Source of the DNA: Bacteroidales bacterium
GTDB taxonomy: Bacteria > Bacteroidota > Bacteroidia > Bacteroidales > JAAYJT01
Assembly: GCA_049654165.1 (NCBI GenBank)
Contig: JBASHR010000069.1
Span: forward strand, 64,513 to 128,512
DNA length: 64,000 bases
Direction: 5' to 3'
Made by a program: the position numbers and the translations under genes. Below are positions 35,886-46,600 of this stretch, piece by piece. Under the pieces are notes generated by a model. The model did not search any database and was not told where the DNA came from. It saw nothing but the letters and a program-made list of their open reading frames with translations. How positions within the stretch are numbered: the stretch's first letter is position 1; each line of letters opens with the position of its first letter.

Positions 35886-35975
35886 TTATTTCTTCTTATG
35901 ACGATTTTTTCTTAAACGTTTCTTACGCTTGTGAGTCGACATTTTGTGCCTTTTTCTTTTCTTTCCGCTTGGCAT
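35886..35975 (-). CDS. 29-aa highly basic peptide, bS22-like small ribosomal protein (below the ORF-track size cut-off)
   Basis: My manual translation is MPSGKKRKRHKMSTHKRKKRLRKNRHKKK*. It resembles the bS22 (AURKAIP1/COX24-like) mini-protein known from Bacteroidota and mycobacterial ribosomes. Confidence 0.6.
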   Translation of the reverse strand: MPSGKKRKRHKMSTHKRKKRLRKNRHKKK

Positions 35976-36004
35976 AATTTAAATTGTTTAACTTTTTACC
36001 AGTT

Positions 36005-36289
36005 TTATTTTACATTGGCTTTCACTTCATTAACAAAGGATTTAGCCGGCTTGAATGCAGGAATATTGTGAGCAGGAATAACTATAGTTGTATTCTTTGA
36101 AATATTTCTTCCGGTTTTCTCAGCTCTTTGCTTAACAATAAAACTTCCGAAACCACGTAAGTAAACATTTTCGCCTTTGGCAAGTGAGCCTTTTACAGCT
36201 TCCATAAAAGCTTCAACGGTTTCCTGAACAGCAACTTTTTCAACCCCGATCTTATTTGCAATTTCTGCAACAATTTCTGCCTTTGTCAT
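36005..36289 (-). CDS. HU family DNA-binding protein
   Basis: It is 94 aa, with 'GENVYLRGFGSFIVKQRAEKTGRN' (the HU beta-arm). Confidence 0.9.
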   Translation of the reverse strand: MTKAEIVAEIANKIGVEKVAVQETVEAFMEAVKGSLAKGENVYLRGFGSFIVKQRAEKTGRNISKNTTIVIPAHNIPAFKPAKSFVNEVKANVK

Positions 36290-36625
36290 AATTTCTTTGT
36301 TTTAATGATTTGATAATAAATTTTTTATTGAGGGCTGCAAATATATAATTTTTTGATTTACTGATACTCTAACAAATTTTTTATTTTCTAAACCTAATGT
36401 ACCTTTGCAACAAAAATCAAATTTTGATTTTGCCCATAATACATTGATTAGGTGTCTTTTATACAAGTAATACGTTTATAAATAATGGTTTAATATAAAA
36501 ATTGATTTTAATTTGAGTTTTTTGATAATTATCAGCAAATCAACTATTTTTCTCATTAAAATTGTTTTATTTATCAATGTTGAGATTGAAAAATCTTTGA
36601 AAAACGATCCTAAAGTAAAAAATGA

Positions 36626-37603
36626 ATGAAAATAGGAAGCATTGATCTGGGTTTACAGCCTTTATTGTTAGCTCCTCTGGAAGATATAACCGACTCACCG
36701 TTCAGGCAGCTTTGCAAGGGATATGGTGCTGATATGGTTTTTACCGAGTTCATATCATCTGAAGGGCTGACCCGAAAGGCTGCCAAAAGCTTCAACAAAC
36801 TTGATTTCGATGAAACTGAGCGTCCTGTAGCAATACAGATATTTGGTCATGATCCTGAAGCAATGCGCCAGGCAGCCATACTTGCAGCAAAGGCTGAGCC
36901 GGATTCAATAGATATTAATTTTGGCTGTCCGGTTAAGAAAGTCATTTCCAAAGGCGGAGGCGCTGATTTATTACGGGATATCCCACGTATGATAAGCATT
37001 ACAAAAGCAGTAACAAATGCTGTAAATCTGCCTGTAACCGTTAAAACAAGACTGGGATGGGATGAACAATCAAAAAACATTGTTGAAATTGCCGAAAAAC
37101 TCCAGGATTGCGGAATTGCTGCAATAATAATTCATGGGCGTACCAGAGCGCAATTATACAAAGGCATAGCGGACTGGACTTTGATAGGCAAAGTAAAAAA
37201 CAATCCGGCAATGAAAATCCCGGTCATAGGTAATGGCGATATTGACAGTCCGCAAAAGGCAAAACAAATGTTTGATGATTTTGGTGTTGACGGGATAATG
37301 ATAGGCAGAGCAGCAATAGGAAACCCATGGATATTTAAACAAATAAAAACTTTTCTCACTTCGGGCGAAATACCTGATGTGCCAGATATAAATGAAAGAA
37401 TATCGGTATGCAGGACTCATCTTATAATTTCAGTGGCACTAAAAGGCGAAAGGCGGGCGATACTGGAAATGCGCAGGCATTATTCAGGATATTTCAGAAC
37501 GCTGCCACGCTTTAAAGCTCACAGAATAAAGCTGCTAACCCTAAATTCCCTTGATGAAATTCTATCTTTATTTGATCAGATATCACAGGAAAACCAGATC
37601 TAA
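36626..37603 (+). CDS. dusB: tRNA-dihydrouridine synthase (DusB-like)
   Basis: It has 'LAPLEDITDSPFRQLC' and 'DINFGCP', the Dus family signature. Confidence 0.9.
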   Translation: MKIGSIDLGLQPLLLAPLEDITDSPFRQLCKGYGADMVFTEFISSEGLTRKAAKSFNKLDFDETERPVAIQIFGHDPEAMRQAAILAAKAEPDSIDINFGCPVKKVISKGGGADLLRDIPRMISITKAVTNAVNLPVTVKTRLGWDEQSKNIVEIAEKLQDCGIAAIIIHGRTRAQLYKGIADWTLIGKVKNNPAMKIPVIGNGDIDSPQKAKQMFDDFGVDGIMIGRAAIGNPWIFKQIKTFLTSGEIPDVPDINERISVCRTHLIISVALKGERRAILEMRRHYSGYFRTLPRFKAHRIKLLTLNSLDEILSLFDQISQENQI

Positions 37604-37612
37604 AGCAATATA

Positions 37613-38743
37613 CTACAAGCGGTTTGAAAGTTTATTTACCATTTTTGATTTCCAGGAACTGAAATTACCTTCAATTATCTTACGGCGGGCTTCCTCAACC
37701 AGCCATAAATAAAACCGCAGATTGTGGATACTTGCTATCATCGGTCCCAGCATCTCGCCCGAAATGAACAGATGCCGCAGATAAGCCCTTGAATATTCAT
37801 TATCAGTGAACGAATCGCCATCGGGATCGAGAGGGGTAAAATCTGTTTTCCATTTTTCGTTTTTAATGTTGATGATCCCTTTCTGCGTGAATATCATGCC
37901 ATTACGTCCATTGCGGGTTGGCATCACACAATCAAACATATCAACACCAAGGGCAATGCTTTCGAGTATGTTTGCCGGTGTTCCCACACCCATAAGATAG
38001 CGGGGTTTATCTTCAGGCAGGATACCACAAACAAGGGCAATAATTTCGTACATAATATCTACCGGTTCGCCAACAGATAACCCACCTATAGCATTTCCTT
38101 CAGCATTACAAGCAGCAATGAACTCAGCCGATTTTTTGCGCAGATCATGATAAATGCTACCCTGAACAATCGGGAACAAAGCCTGGGAATAACCATACAA
38201 AGCCTCAGTAGCATTGAACTGAGCAATACATCTTTCGAGCCAGCGGTGAGTACGATGCATACTTTGAGCAGCATAGGACTGCTCGCAGGGAAAAGGTGTA
38301 CACTCGTCGAAAGCCATAATAATGTCAGCACCTATCATTCGCTGGGTATCAATTACACTTTCAGGGGTGAATTCATATCTTGAACCATCAATATGCGACT
38401 GAAAAACAACACCATTTTCATTGATCTTACGCTTGTCAGTGAGCGAGAAAACCTGATATCCGCCACTATCGGTTAATATCGGGCCATTCCATCCGTTAAA
38501 GCGGTGCAATCCTCCTGCCTGTTTAAGTATCTCTGTTCCGGGTCTGAGGAAAAGATGATAAGTATTGCCAAGGATTATCTGCGCTTTGATATCTTCAGTC
38601 AACTCCCTGAAATGAACCGCTTTTACAGAGCCAACAGTACCAACAGGCATAAATATCGGAGTTTCAATAATTCCGTGGTCTGTGGTAAGAATACCAGCCC
38701 TCGCACTACTTTTGGTATCTCTGTCAACAAGTTTGAATTGCAT
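37613..38743 (-). CDS. tgt: Queuine tRNA-ribosyltransferase (tRNA-guanine transglycosylase)
   Basis: It has 'ARAGILTTDHGIIETPIFMPVGT' and 'LTDSGGYQVFSL'. Confidence 0.95.
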   Translation of the reverse strand: MQFKLVDRDTKSSARAGILTTDHGIIETPIFMPVGTVGSVKAVHFRELTEDIKAQIILGNTYHLFLRPGTEILKQAGGLHRFNGWNGPILTDSGGYQVFSLTDKRKINENGVVFQSHIDGSRYEFTPESVIDTQRMIGADIIMAFDECTPFPCEQSYAAQSMHRTHRWLERCIAQFNATEALYGYSQALFPIVQGSIYHDLRKKSAEFIAACNAEGNAIGGLSVGEPVDIMYEIIALVCGILPEDKPRYLMGVGTPANILESIALGVDMFDCVMPTRNGRNGMIFTQKGIINIKNEKWKTDFTPLDPDGDSFTDNEYSRAYLRHLFISGEMLGPMIASIHNLRFYLWLVEEARRKIIEGNFSSWKSKMVNKLSNRL

Positions 38744-38879
38744 AAATAATTATAAGAATTGACGCCAAAAATAGAGTAATTATGTTAACCGGCTTTAATA
38801 AGCACCGGGCTAAAAGTTTTCTGATAAAAATAAAAGTGCCGTCTTCAGGCTTTCCATGCTTTTTTTCAAATCATTTGGA

Positions 38880-38887
38880 TAATTTTG
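38880..38887 (+). promoter_or_regulatory. Bacteroidota -7 promoter box (TAnnTTTG)
   Basis: TAATTTTG ends 19 nt upstream of the ATG at 38907. Confidence 0.4.
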
Positions 38888-38906
38888 CAGATACAAATTT
38901 CCATAT

Positions 38907-40034
38907 ATGCAATTTCTACAGGAACTCCCTACACTCACACTTATTCTGTTGATTGTCTTTCTGATATCTTTTCTAATCCAGATTTTTTATTACTGGTTTT
39001 TCTACAGTCGTCTGGCTTTTTATAAATCCAGACCCGGATCAGACACTCTTCAGCCTGTTTCAGTGGTAATTGCATCACATAACGATGGTATCAAGCTCAA
39101 AAGGAACCTTCCCGCTATTCTGACACAGGACTATCCTGATTTTGAAGTCATTGTGGTAAACGATGCTTCTGATGATAATACTGAAGAGGTTCTCACAGCT
39201 TATTCACAACAATATCCAAGGCTAAAGGCTGTGCATATTAAGCAAAGCGTGATCTTTTTCCGAAGCAAGAAATTTCCTCTCTCGGTTGGTATCAAATCAG
39301 CTAAAAACGAGATCTTACTTCTTACCGATGCTGACTGTTATCCGGCTTCTGACCAATGGATCAGAGAAATGCAGGCAGCTTATGATAAAAACAGCGAAAT
39401 AATCCTTGGATTCAGCCCTTATGAAAAACAACCCGGACTACTTAACCTTCTGATACGTTTTGATACTTTTCAGATAGCTACACTCTATTTTTCATTTGCA
39501 CTGGCACGTTTGCCATATATGGGTGTGGGGCGTAATCTTTCGTACAAAAAGTCTCTGTTTTTCAGGCATAATGGATTCATAAGCCATTATAAAATCCAAT
39601 CGGGCGATGATGATCTGTTTATAAAATCTGCTGCCACTAAAACTAATACACGCATTCGTATTATCGAAGAAGCACATGTGATCTCTGAACCAAAAAAAAC
39701 ATTCAAAGCCTGGATAAGACAGAAACGCAGGCATTTTTCAACAGGCAGCTATTATAAACCATTGAAAAAGAACTTGTTAGGATTACAGGCTTTAAGTGGT
39801 TTATTATATTACTGTTCGCTCATAACTCTCATTTGTTTCAAAATTTTTCTTCCTGTTATCCTCGGCATACATGGTTTCAGATTATTAAACAGAATAATAC
39901 TTTTAGGCTTTTGCAGTAAAAAACTTAACCAGGGTTATTTATTCTTATTTTCGCCGGTGTCAGATCCCTTTTTTACATTTTTCAATCCTTTACTGGTATT
40001 GTGGGGCATGGCATTTAAAATCAAAAGATGGTAA
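38907..40034 (+). CDS. Family 2 glycosyltransferase (membrane-associated)
   Basis: It has 'VSVVIASHND', 'VVNDASDDNT' and 'TDADC' (a DxD-like motif), plus flanking TM segments. Confidence 0.8.
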   Translation: MQFLQELPTLTLILLIVFLISFLIQIFYYWFFYSRLAFYKSRPGSDTLQPVSVVIASHNDGIKLKRNLPAILTQDYPDFEVIVVNDASDDNTEEVLTAYSQQYPRLKAVHIKQSVIFFRSKKFPLSVGIKSAKNEILLLTDADCYPASDQWIREMQAAYDKNSEIILGFSPYEKQPGLLNLLIRFDTFQIATLYFSFALARLPYMGVGRNLSYKKSLFFRHNGFISHYKIQSGDDDLFIKSAATKTNTRIRIIEEAHVISEPKKTFKAWIRQKRRHFSTGSYYKPLKKNLLGLQALSGLLYYCSLITLICFKIFLPVILGIHGFRLLNRIILLGFCSKKLNQGYLFLFSPVSDPFFTFFNPLLVLWGMAFKIKRW

Positions 40035-40639
40035 CAAAAAAGCCAAATAGCGGTACTTCAAAGCGTGATCAGGAACTGATCCATGCCGCTGTTGTCATTG
40101 GCGACCGGAAAGCCTATACTGAGCTTATGAACCTGTATTGGGAACGGATTTATAAAATGATGCTTAAAAAGGTAAATGACGAAGATATTGCCAACGATCT
40201 GACAATTGAAACTTTCGGTAAAGCTTTCAGGAACCTGCACAAATACGTGCCGGATTTCGCTTTCAGCACATGGCTGTTTAAAATTGCAAATAATAATTTC
40301 ATTGATTATAAAAGAAGGTCAAAACACAATACTTTGTCAATTGACGAAACATTTGAAGACGACGACGGCAACGTATATTTGTTTCCTGACCTTAAAAGCA
40401 AGCATCCCAGCCCTGAGGAAGAATTCATTAAAAAGCAGGAAGACAGCCTTATACATGATGTTGTTGAGCGCCTTAAGCCTCATTACCGAAAATTGATTGA
40501 GCTCAGATATTTTCAGGAATATTCTTATCAGGAAATTGCCGATGAGATGCAATTACCGCTGGGCACTGTTAAAGCCCGGCTTTTCAGGGCTAAGGAATTA
40601 CTTTGCGCAATACTGAAGAAATCCGGCGATAACATCTAG
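40028..40639 (+). CDS. RNA polymerase sigma-70 family (ECF-type) sigma factor
   Basis: Region 2 is 'FSTWLFKIANNNFIDYKR' and region 4 is 'YSYQEIADEMQLPLGTVKARLFRA'. It overlaps the glycosyltransferase stop by 7 nt (ATGGTAA). Confidence 0.85.
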   Translation: MVTKKPNSGTSKRDQELIHAAVVIGDRKAYTELMNLYWERIYKMMLKKVNDEDIANDLTIETFGKAFRNLHKYVPDFAFSTWLFKIANNNFIDYKRRSKHNTLSIDETFEDDDGNVYLFPDLKSKHPSPEEEFIKKQEDSLIHDVVERLKPHYRKLIELRYFQEYSYQEIADEMQLPLGTVKARLFRAKELLCAILKKSGDNI

Positions 40640-40654
40640 TATCACCTCACTGCT

Positions 40655-43279
40655 TTATTTTCCTATAAGTTTCTTTATTTCATTAAGCTTCATCAGCGCC
40701 TCTACCGGAGTAAGAGTGTCAATATCAATATTAAGGATATCTTCCCTTATCTGCTCCAGCAAAGGATCATTCAAATGAATAAAACTAAGCTGATACTGAT
40801 CTTTGATGTGTTTTCCCTTTTTACCGTCTTTTTTCGAGATACTTTCATGGCTATGCGACTGCTCAAGCTGTTTTAGCAACATGTTTGCCCTTTCAATAAC
40901 ACTGGCTGGAATACCTGCCATACGTGCCACATGGATGCCAAAGCTATGCTCGCTGCCGCCGGGAGTGAGTTTTCGGAGAAAGATAACCTTATTCCCTATT
41001 TCTTTTACAGCAACATGAAAGTTTTTGATCCTCGGGAATGATGATGCCATCTCATTAAGTTCATGATAATGAGTAGCAAACAAAATTTTGGGTTTAAACA
41101 AAGGATGCTCATGCAGGTATTCCGCTATTGCCCATGCTATTGAAATACCATCGTAAGTGCTGGTTCCCCGCCCTATTTCATCAAGAAGTATGAGGCTGCG
41201 GCTCGAAATATTATTGAGTATGCTTGCTGTTTCGTTCATCTCAACCATAAAGGTTGATTCGCCTGATGAAATATTATCGGAAGCTCCTACTCGGGTAAAT
41301 ATTTTATCAACCACTCCCAGGGTTGCTTCCCTGACCGGCACAAAACTTCCTGCCTGAGCCATTAACACGATGAGAGCCGTTTGTCTGAGCAGGGCAGACT
41401 TCCCCGACATATTAGGACCGGTAATTATTATTATCTGCTGTGTATCAGGGTCAAGATATACATCGTTGGCAATATATTCCTCGCCGGTAGGCATAAACTT
41501 TTCAATTACCGGATGCCTGCCCTGTTTTATATCTATGACCCATGAATCGCTCATTACAGGTTTTACATAATTGTTTTCAACAGCTATTCCGGCAAACGAC
41601 AATAAACAATCGAGGCGGGCAATAAGCGAAGCATTTAACTGCACCGGCTCAATATAATCACATAATGCAAGTACCAGTTCATCAAATAACCGCTGCTCCA
41701 GACCGAGTATCTTTTCTTCGGCGCCAAGGATCTTTTGTTCATAATCCTTTAATTCTTCGGTAATATAACGTTCACTACCTACCAGAGTCTGTTTTCTGTG
41801 CCATTCAGCCGGAACTTTATTTTTATGGGCATTGGTAACCTCAAGGTAATAGCCAAAAACATTATTATAACCTATCTTCAGATTGGTAATACCTGTATTA
41901 ACAACTTCGCGCTGCTGTATCTGAACCAGATAATCCTTACCTGAAGTCAGCAGATTGCGTAATTCGTCAAGCTCGCTGTTTGCACCCCTGGCAATAACTC
42001 CCCCTTTCTGAACCTGCACCGGCGGTTCAGGCTGAAGTTCTTTTTCAATTCTGTTACGAATGAGGCTGCATGGATTAAGCTGTTCGGCAATTTTCTCAAA
42101 AGCAGCATTACCAGATGCTGCAAGTATGTTCTTTATTGGAATTAAAGCATCCAGCGCTTTTTTTAATTGAACCGTTTCACGAGGATTTACACGGCGAACC
42201 GCAACTTTTGAGATCAAACGTTCAAGGTCGCCAATAATCTTGATCTGCTGTAATAACACATCAGCTACCTCAGGGTTCCGTATCAGATAATCCACCATCT
42301 CATGTCTTTCTTCTATGGGCTTACGGTTTTTCAACGGGAGTAGTATCCAGCGCTTCATCATGCGTGAGCCCATAGGCGAAGTCGTTTTATCCATAACATT
42401 GAGCAGGGTGGCGGCATTTTCATTGGCTGAATATATCAGCTCCAGATTACGGATAGTAAACTTATCGAGCCATACAAAATCATCTTCTTCAATTCGTGAT
42501 ATCTTGCTGATATGCTCAACCTTGTCGTGATGTGTTTCAGCCAGATAATGCAGAGCTGCTCCTGCAGCTATGATGCCAAGGTTCTGAGTCTCAATGCCAA
42601 AGCCTTTCAGGGAAAGGGTATTAAAATGTTTTAATAACAATTCGTGAGTAAAATCGAAAGTAAAAACCCAGTCCTCAAAGGTGTTGATATAAAATTTATC
42701 GCCAAATAATTCGGTGAAACGGTGGCGCTTGTTTTTCTGAACAATTATCTCGCTGGGCTGAAAAGTTTGCAGCAGTTTATCAATATACTCGTTTGAACCC
42801 TGAGCAAGAAAAAACTCACCTGTTGAAACATCCAAGAAGCTTATCCCTGAGGTATTTGGCTGAAGATGAATACCTGCCAGAAAATTATTTTCCTTATGAT
42901 CAAGGATTTTATCATTATATGAAACTCCCGGGGTAACCAATTCAGTAACCCCACGTTTAACCAGTTTTTTTGTCAGCTTAGGGTCTTCAAGCTGATCGCA
43001 GATAGCAACACGCAAACCTGAGCGTACAAGTTTTGGCAAATAGGTGTCAAGAGCATGAAAAGGAAATCCTGCCAGCTCGACGTATGAAGCTGCGCCATTG
43101 GCGCGACGGGTAAGAACAATACCAAGGATCTTTGAAGCCTTTATGGCATCTTCACCAAAGGTTTCATAAAAGTCACCAACCCTGAACAGCAACATGGCAT
43201 CAGGATATTTTGCCTTGATGCTGTAATACTGCTTCATTAAAGGTGTTTCAACAATTTTTTCCTTTTCTGCTTCCTTCAC
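40655..43279 (-). CDS. mutS: DNA mismatch repair protein MutS
   Basis: It has 'TPLMKQY', Walker A 'GPNMSGKS' and '[12 protein letters not shown]'. Confidence 0.95.
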   Translation of the reverse strand: MKEAEKEKIVETPLMKQYYSIKAKYPDAMLLFRVGDFYETFGEDAIKASKILGIVLTRRANGAASYVELAGFPFHALDTYLPKLVRSGLRVAICDQLEDPKLTKKLVKRGVTELVTPGVSYNDKILDHKENNFLAGIHLQPNTSGISFLDVSTGEFFLAQGSNEYIDKLLQTFQPSEIIVQKNKRHRFTELFGDKFYINTFEDWVFTFDFTHELLLKHFNTLSLKGFGIETQNLGIIAAGAALHYLAETHHDKVEHISKISRIEEDDFVWLDKFTIRNLELIYSANENAATLLNVMDKTTSPMGSRMMKRWILLPLKNRKPIEERHEMVDYLIRNPEVADVLLQQIKIIGDLERLISKVAVRRVNPRETVQLKKALDALIPIKNILAASGNAAFEKIAEQLNPCSLIRNRIEKELQPEPPVQVQKGGVIARGANSELDELRNLLTSGKDYLVQIQQREVVNTGITNLKIGYNNVFGYYLEVTNAHKNKVPAEWHRKQTLVGSERYITEELKDYEQKILGAEEKILGLEQRLFDELVLALCDYIEPVQLNASLIARLDCLLSFAGIAVENNYVKPVMSDSWVIDIKQGRHPVIEKFMPTGEEYIANDVYLDPDTQQIIIITGPNMSGKSALLRQTALIVLMAQAGSFVPVREATLGVVDKIFTRVGASDNISSGESTFMVEMNETASILNNISSRSLILLDEIGRGTSTYDGISIAWAIAEYLHEHPLFKPKILFATHYHELNEMASSFPRIKNFHVAVKEIGNKVIFLRKLTPGGSEHSFGIHVARMAGIPASVIERANMLLKQLEQSHSHESISKKDGKKGKHIKDQYQLSFIHLNDPLLEQIREDILNIDIDTLTPVEALMKLNEIKKLIGK

Positions 43280-43401
43280 AATATTTCATGGTTTATTTGG
43301 CAAAGTTACCAGAAAAAACTTAAGCTGTGATAAAGTTTCTTTAATCAAGTTATTAACCCAATGTGAATCCGAAGTGTGAAAACACGGCCAAAATTTGATG
43401 T

Positions 43402-43579
43402 ACGGGCTTTAGCCCGTTTCAATTTATTCTTCATTTGTTATTAAATCCCGTAAGTGTCTACGACACTACGGGATTTATGAGTGGCATAGAGTACCACACG
43501 TGTTATAAACATGCCATCCCGTAAGGGTCTTCAACCCTACGGGATTTGTAGACTCAGGCGCTGAAGCTCCCGAAGCGCC
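43402..43579. repeat. Cluster of REP-like hairpins in the giant-gene/mutS intergenic region
   Basis: ACGGGCTTTAGCCCGT is at 43402-17. There are two related hairpins: AAATCCCGTAAGTGTC-TAC-GACACTACGGGATTT (43443-76) and ATCCCGTAAGGGT-CTTCA-ACCCTACGGGAT (43516-45). GGCGCT...AGCGCC is at 43557-79. Confidence 0.7.
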
Positions 43580-43584
43580 TTATT

Positions 43585-43607
43585 AAAAAACCCCGCCGGG
43601 GTTTTTT
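43585..43607 (-). terminator. Intrinsic terminator of the giant T9SS cargo gene
   Basis: The minus strand reads AAAAAACCCCGGCGGGGTTTTTT, about 50 nt after the stop at 43654. Confidence 0.7.
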
Positions 43608-43653
43608 AACCTGCGGCGGGGTTTTTATTTAGTCAGTTTTGACTGACAAAGAA

Positions 43654-46600
43654 CTATTGTTTGATCAGTTTTTCAATACTTGTCTGCTTGCCGCTAAGTA
43701 TGCGTATAATATACACTCCCTTAGGACTGCCTGACAGATCAAACTCATACTGGTTCTGGCCAAAAACCTGTGTTTGCAGTACTCTTTCACCCATCAAACC
43801 AAATATCTCAACATTGATCACCGAAGCTTCATCAGCTTCTTTCATCAACAATGTGAAGCGTCCGGTAGTAGGATTCGGATATACTGTGAACATTGCATCC
43901 ATTTCTGCCGGAGTAATAACAGCAGGTGCAATTTCTTCAGATTTAGCTGTAACCATGGTAGCAGCTTGTTCGCAATATGTAATTTCATCCATAATAGTGG
44001 CAAGGAAATTAGCACCCTGAGCTACATGAACACCTACGCCAAGTACAATATTCTGACCGGCATACAAGTATGCTACAGCACCTTCTTCAATTTCAAAGTC
44101 AGTAGCAACAATGCTCACTTCAGCTCTGAACTCAGTATTAGTTCCTTCTTCAACCTGAGCATTGTCAATTGTCAGCATTCCAAGTCCATCATAGCAATCG
44201 TCTTCAAGTACACCGGAATAAGTTGGATTCTCAGGTGGACCAGTTTGTATTGCTTTGAATTCAAAGTCATCAAAACTAATATACCACGGCGTACTTGTTG
44301 AATTGATCCTAATTGCAAAATAGTAAATACCATCAGCATCAGGTACAAATGTATGTAAGAACTGAGCATATGTTTTTGTAGTGGTTGTCCCACTGGTAAC
44401 AAATGATGTTCCTACCTGAGTTGCGCCGGTTGATATTTGTGATGTATTCACAAATACATCCCCGGTCCAACCAGCATAATTATCGCCAGCCCACCAGAAT
44501 GAAAACTCATATGTTTTTCCGGCCTGAACAGCGAAACCAGGTGTCCAGATATATGAGTTTGTTGAACCCCAAGGTGCCCGTAAAAACTGGGTCCCGGTTC
44601 TAGCATCAGCATCATATGTTGAGCTTGCATTATTGGTGGTAACCCAACTACCACTTTCCTTGAACCAGCAATTGGGGAATGCAGGAATAGTTACATTTTC
44701 AAAACTTTCTGTCCATGGGAAAATAGAAATTGCTTCACAAAGTGTTGCAAAAGTCATCTTCACTGACCAAGCACTAACATCTCCCTCACCACAGTCTGCT
44801 TGAACGCTGAATGCATAAGCTGTACTTGAATTAAGACCTTCAAGAAGGAAAGGATTAGTTGTAATACCAGAAATCAATGTACCTCCCGTTTCAGGGTTAA
44901 ATCCCGGCTCACCATACTTAATATTCCATTTTGTTTCATTTCCTCCAGGAGTCCAACCCAAAACTGCACTGGTTGCAGTTATATCTGAAACAGTTAAAGC
45001 AGTTGGAGCGGGACATGTAGGAGCAAAATCAATAAGAATATCATCAACGCAAAGATAATTCATATCTGCATTACTATATCCGTGCCAACCAACATAATAT
45101 ACTCCGGTTTCTACAGGAGTAAATGCAGCAGTTGCCAATGCATAAACTGTATTTGTAATGTTAGCATTATTCCAGATCTGTCCACCTGTCATTCCTGCTG
45201 CATTTGGAGCTGTTCCCCATTTAACCTCAAGTTTTTCAGGCCAGGTGGTGCTACTACCACGATAATAGAATTCAACTATATAAGTCTTTCCACCGATAAG
45301 ATTTAATCCCGGAGTAAAGAACCAGTCATCCATAGCTAAACTTGTATTATACAAGATGTACATACAATTTGGCGTTGATTTTGGATATGAAGTGGATGTT
45401 ACCCATAATCTAATATCACCATTATCATTAGTAACTGTCATGCAATCAGGAATAGCTGGTGCTGTAACGCCATCAAAGTTCTGAACGTAAGGTATATCTT
45501 CCGTACCGCAAGGTGTTTTAAAGGCTTTTGTTACCGACCATGTACTAACGTCGCCACCGCCACAATCAGCCTGAACCATAAATGCATAATTAGTATTTGA
45601 GGTCAGACCAGTAACCGGATAGGGTTTGGTAATGTTGTTAGCGAAAACAGTATCACCTACTCCAACCTTATAATATTTAAGATTCCATGTAGTTTCGCCA
45701 AATCCGGGAACCCAGTCAAATTCAGCACTTGTGGCTGTGATATCAGAAACAGTAAGATTGGTTGGTGTCGGGCAAAGCGGCAGAGTAGTGAATTTCTTGG
45801 GTCCAGCCCATACACTCCTGGTTTTAGGTATACTTTCATGAACAATAATGCCCCAACCTGTTGCATTTACATCCCAATATTCATCCAGGCCTATGTTTGA
45901 AACAGGTTTTGGTGTATTTGATGTATTAGCTATCTTGATATTTATTCCACTGATACCAACCGAGATCCATTCAGGGTTATAATCAGGAATATCGAATTCC
46001 AGTTCAAACCATTGTTTATTCTGTCCACTAGCTGTAACAGTATAAGATCCGTTTAAAGGCGATCTCCGGATGAATTCTTCATCATTCGGAGTTGGAAATC
46101 CAGGTGTTTGCGGATCCCATTCAGGTGTAGTATAACTTACACAATAACTTATATAGGCTGGTGCTAATCCAACAATCTTCTGAACATAAAAGCCCATCTT
46201 AATTTTATTCATGTTCCAGCTATCAAGTGGACTATTATAGAACCATATACTACGTATAGTATCATTGTAAGTACCCCACGTTCCGTCTTCTCCAGGTTCA
46301 TTGGCAGTACCACCACTGTTGGCAGAATCTATGTCACCATTCGATTTAATTTGTAGCCAGAATCTGTTAACTTTTGGTGTATCAAATTCGGCTTCACCGC
46401 AATCAGCCTGTACATAGAACCAATAATCTGTTTCGGGCTGAAGGTCTTCAATAAATAGCGGATTATCCTCAATGCCCTCAAAGCTATCGTATGGATCAAT
46501 TGCACCACCTATTTCAAACTCATCATCATCAGCTATTATAACATTGAAAACTGACGCATCACCCACCGGTGTCCATCCAAGGTTAAAAGCTGTAGGATTG

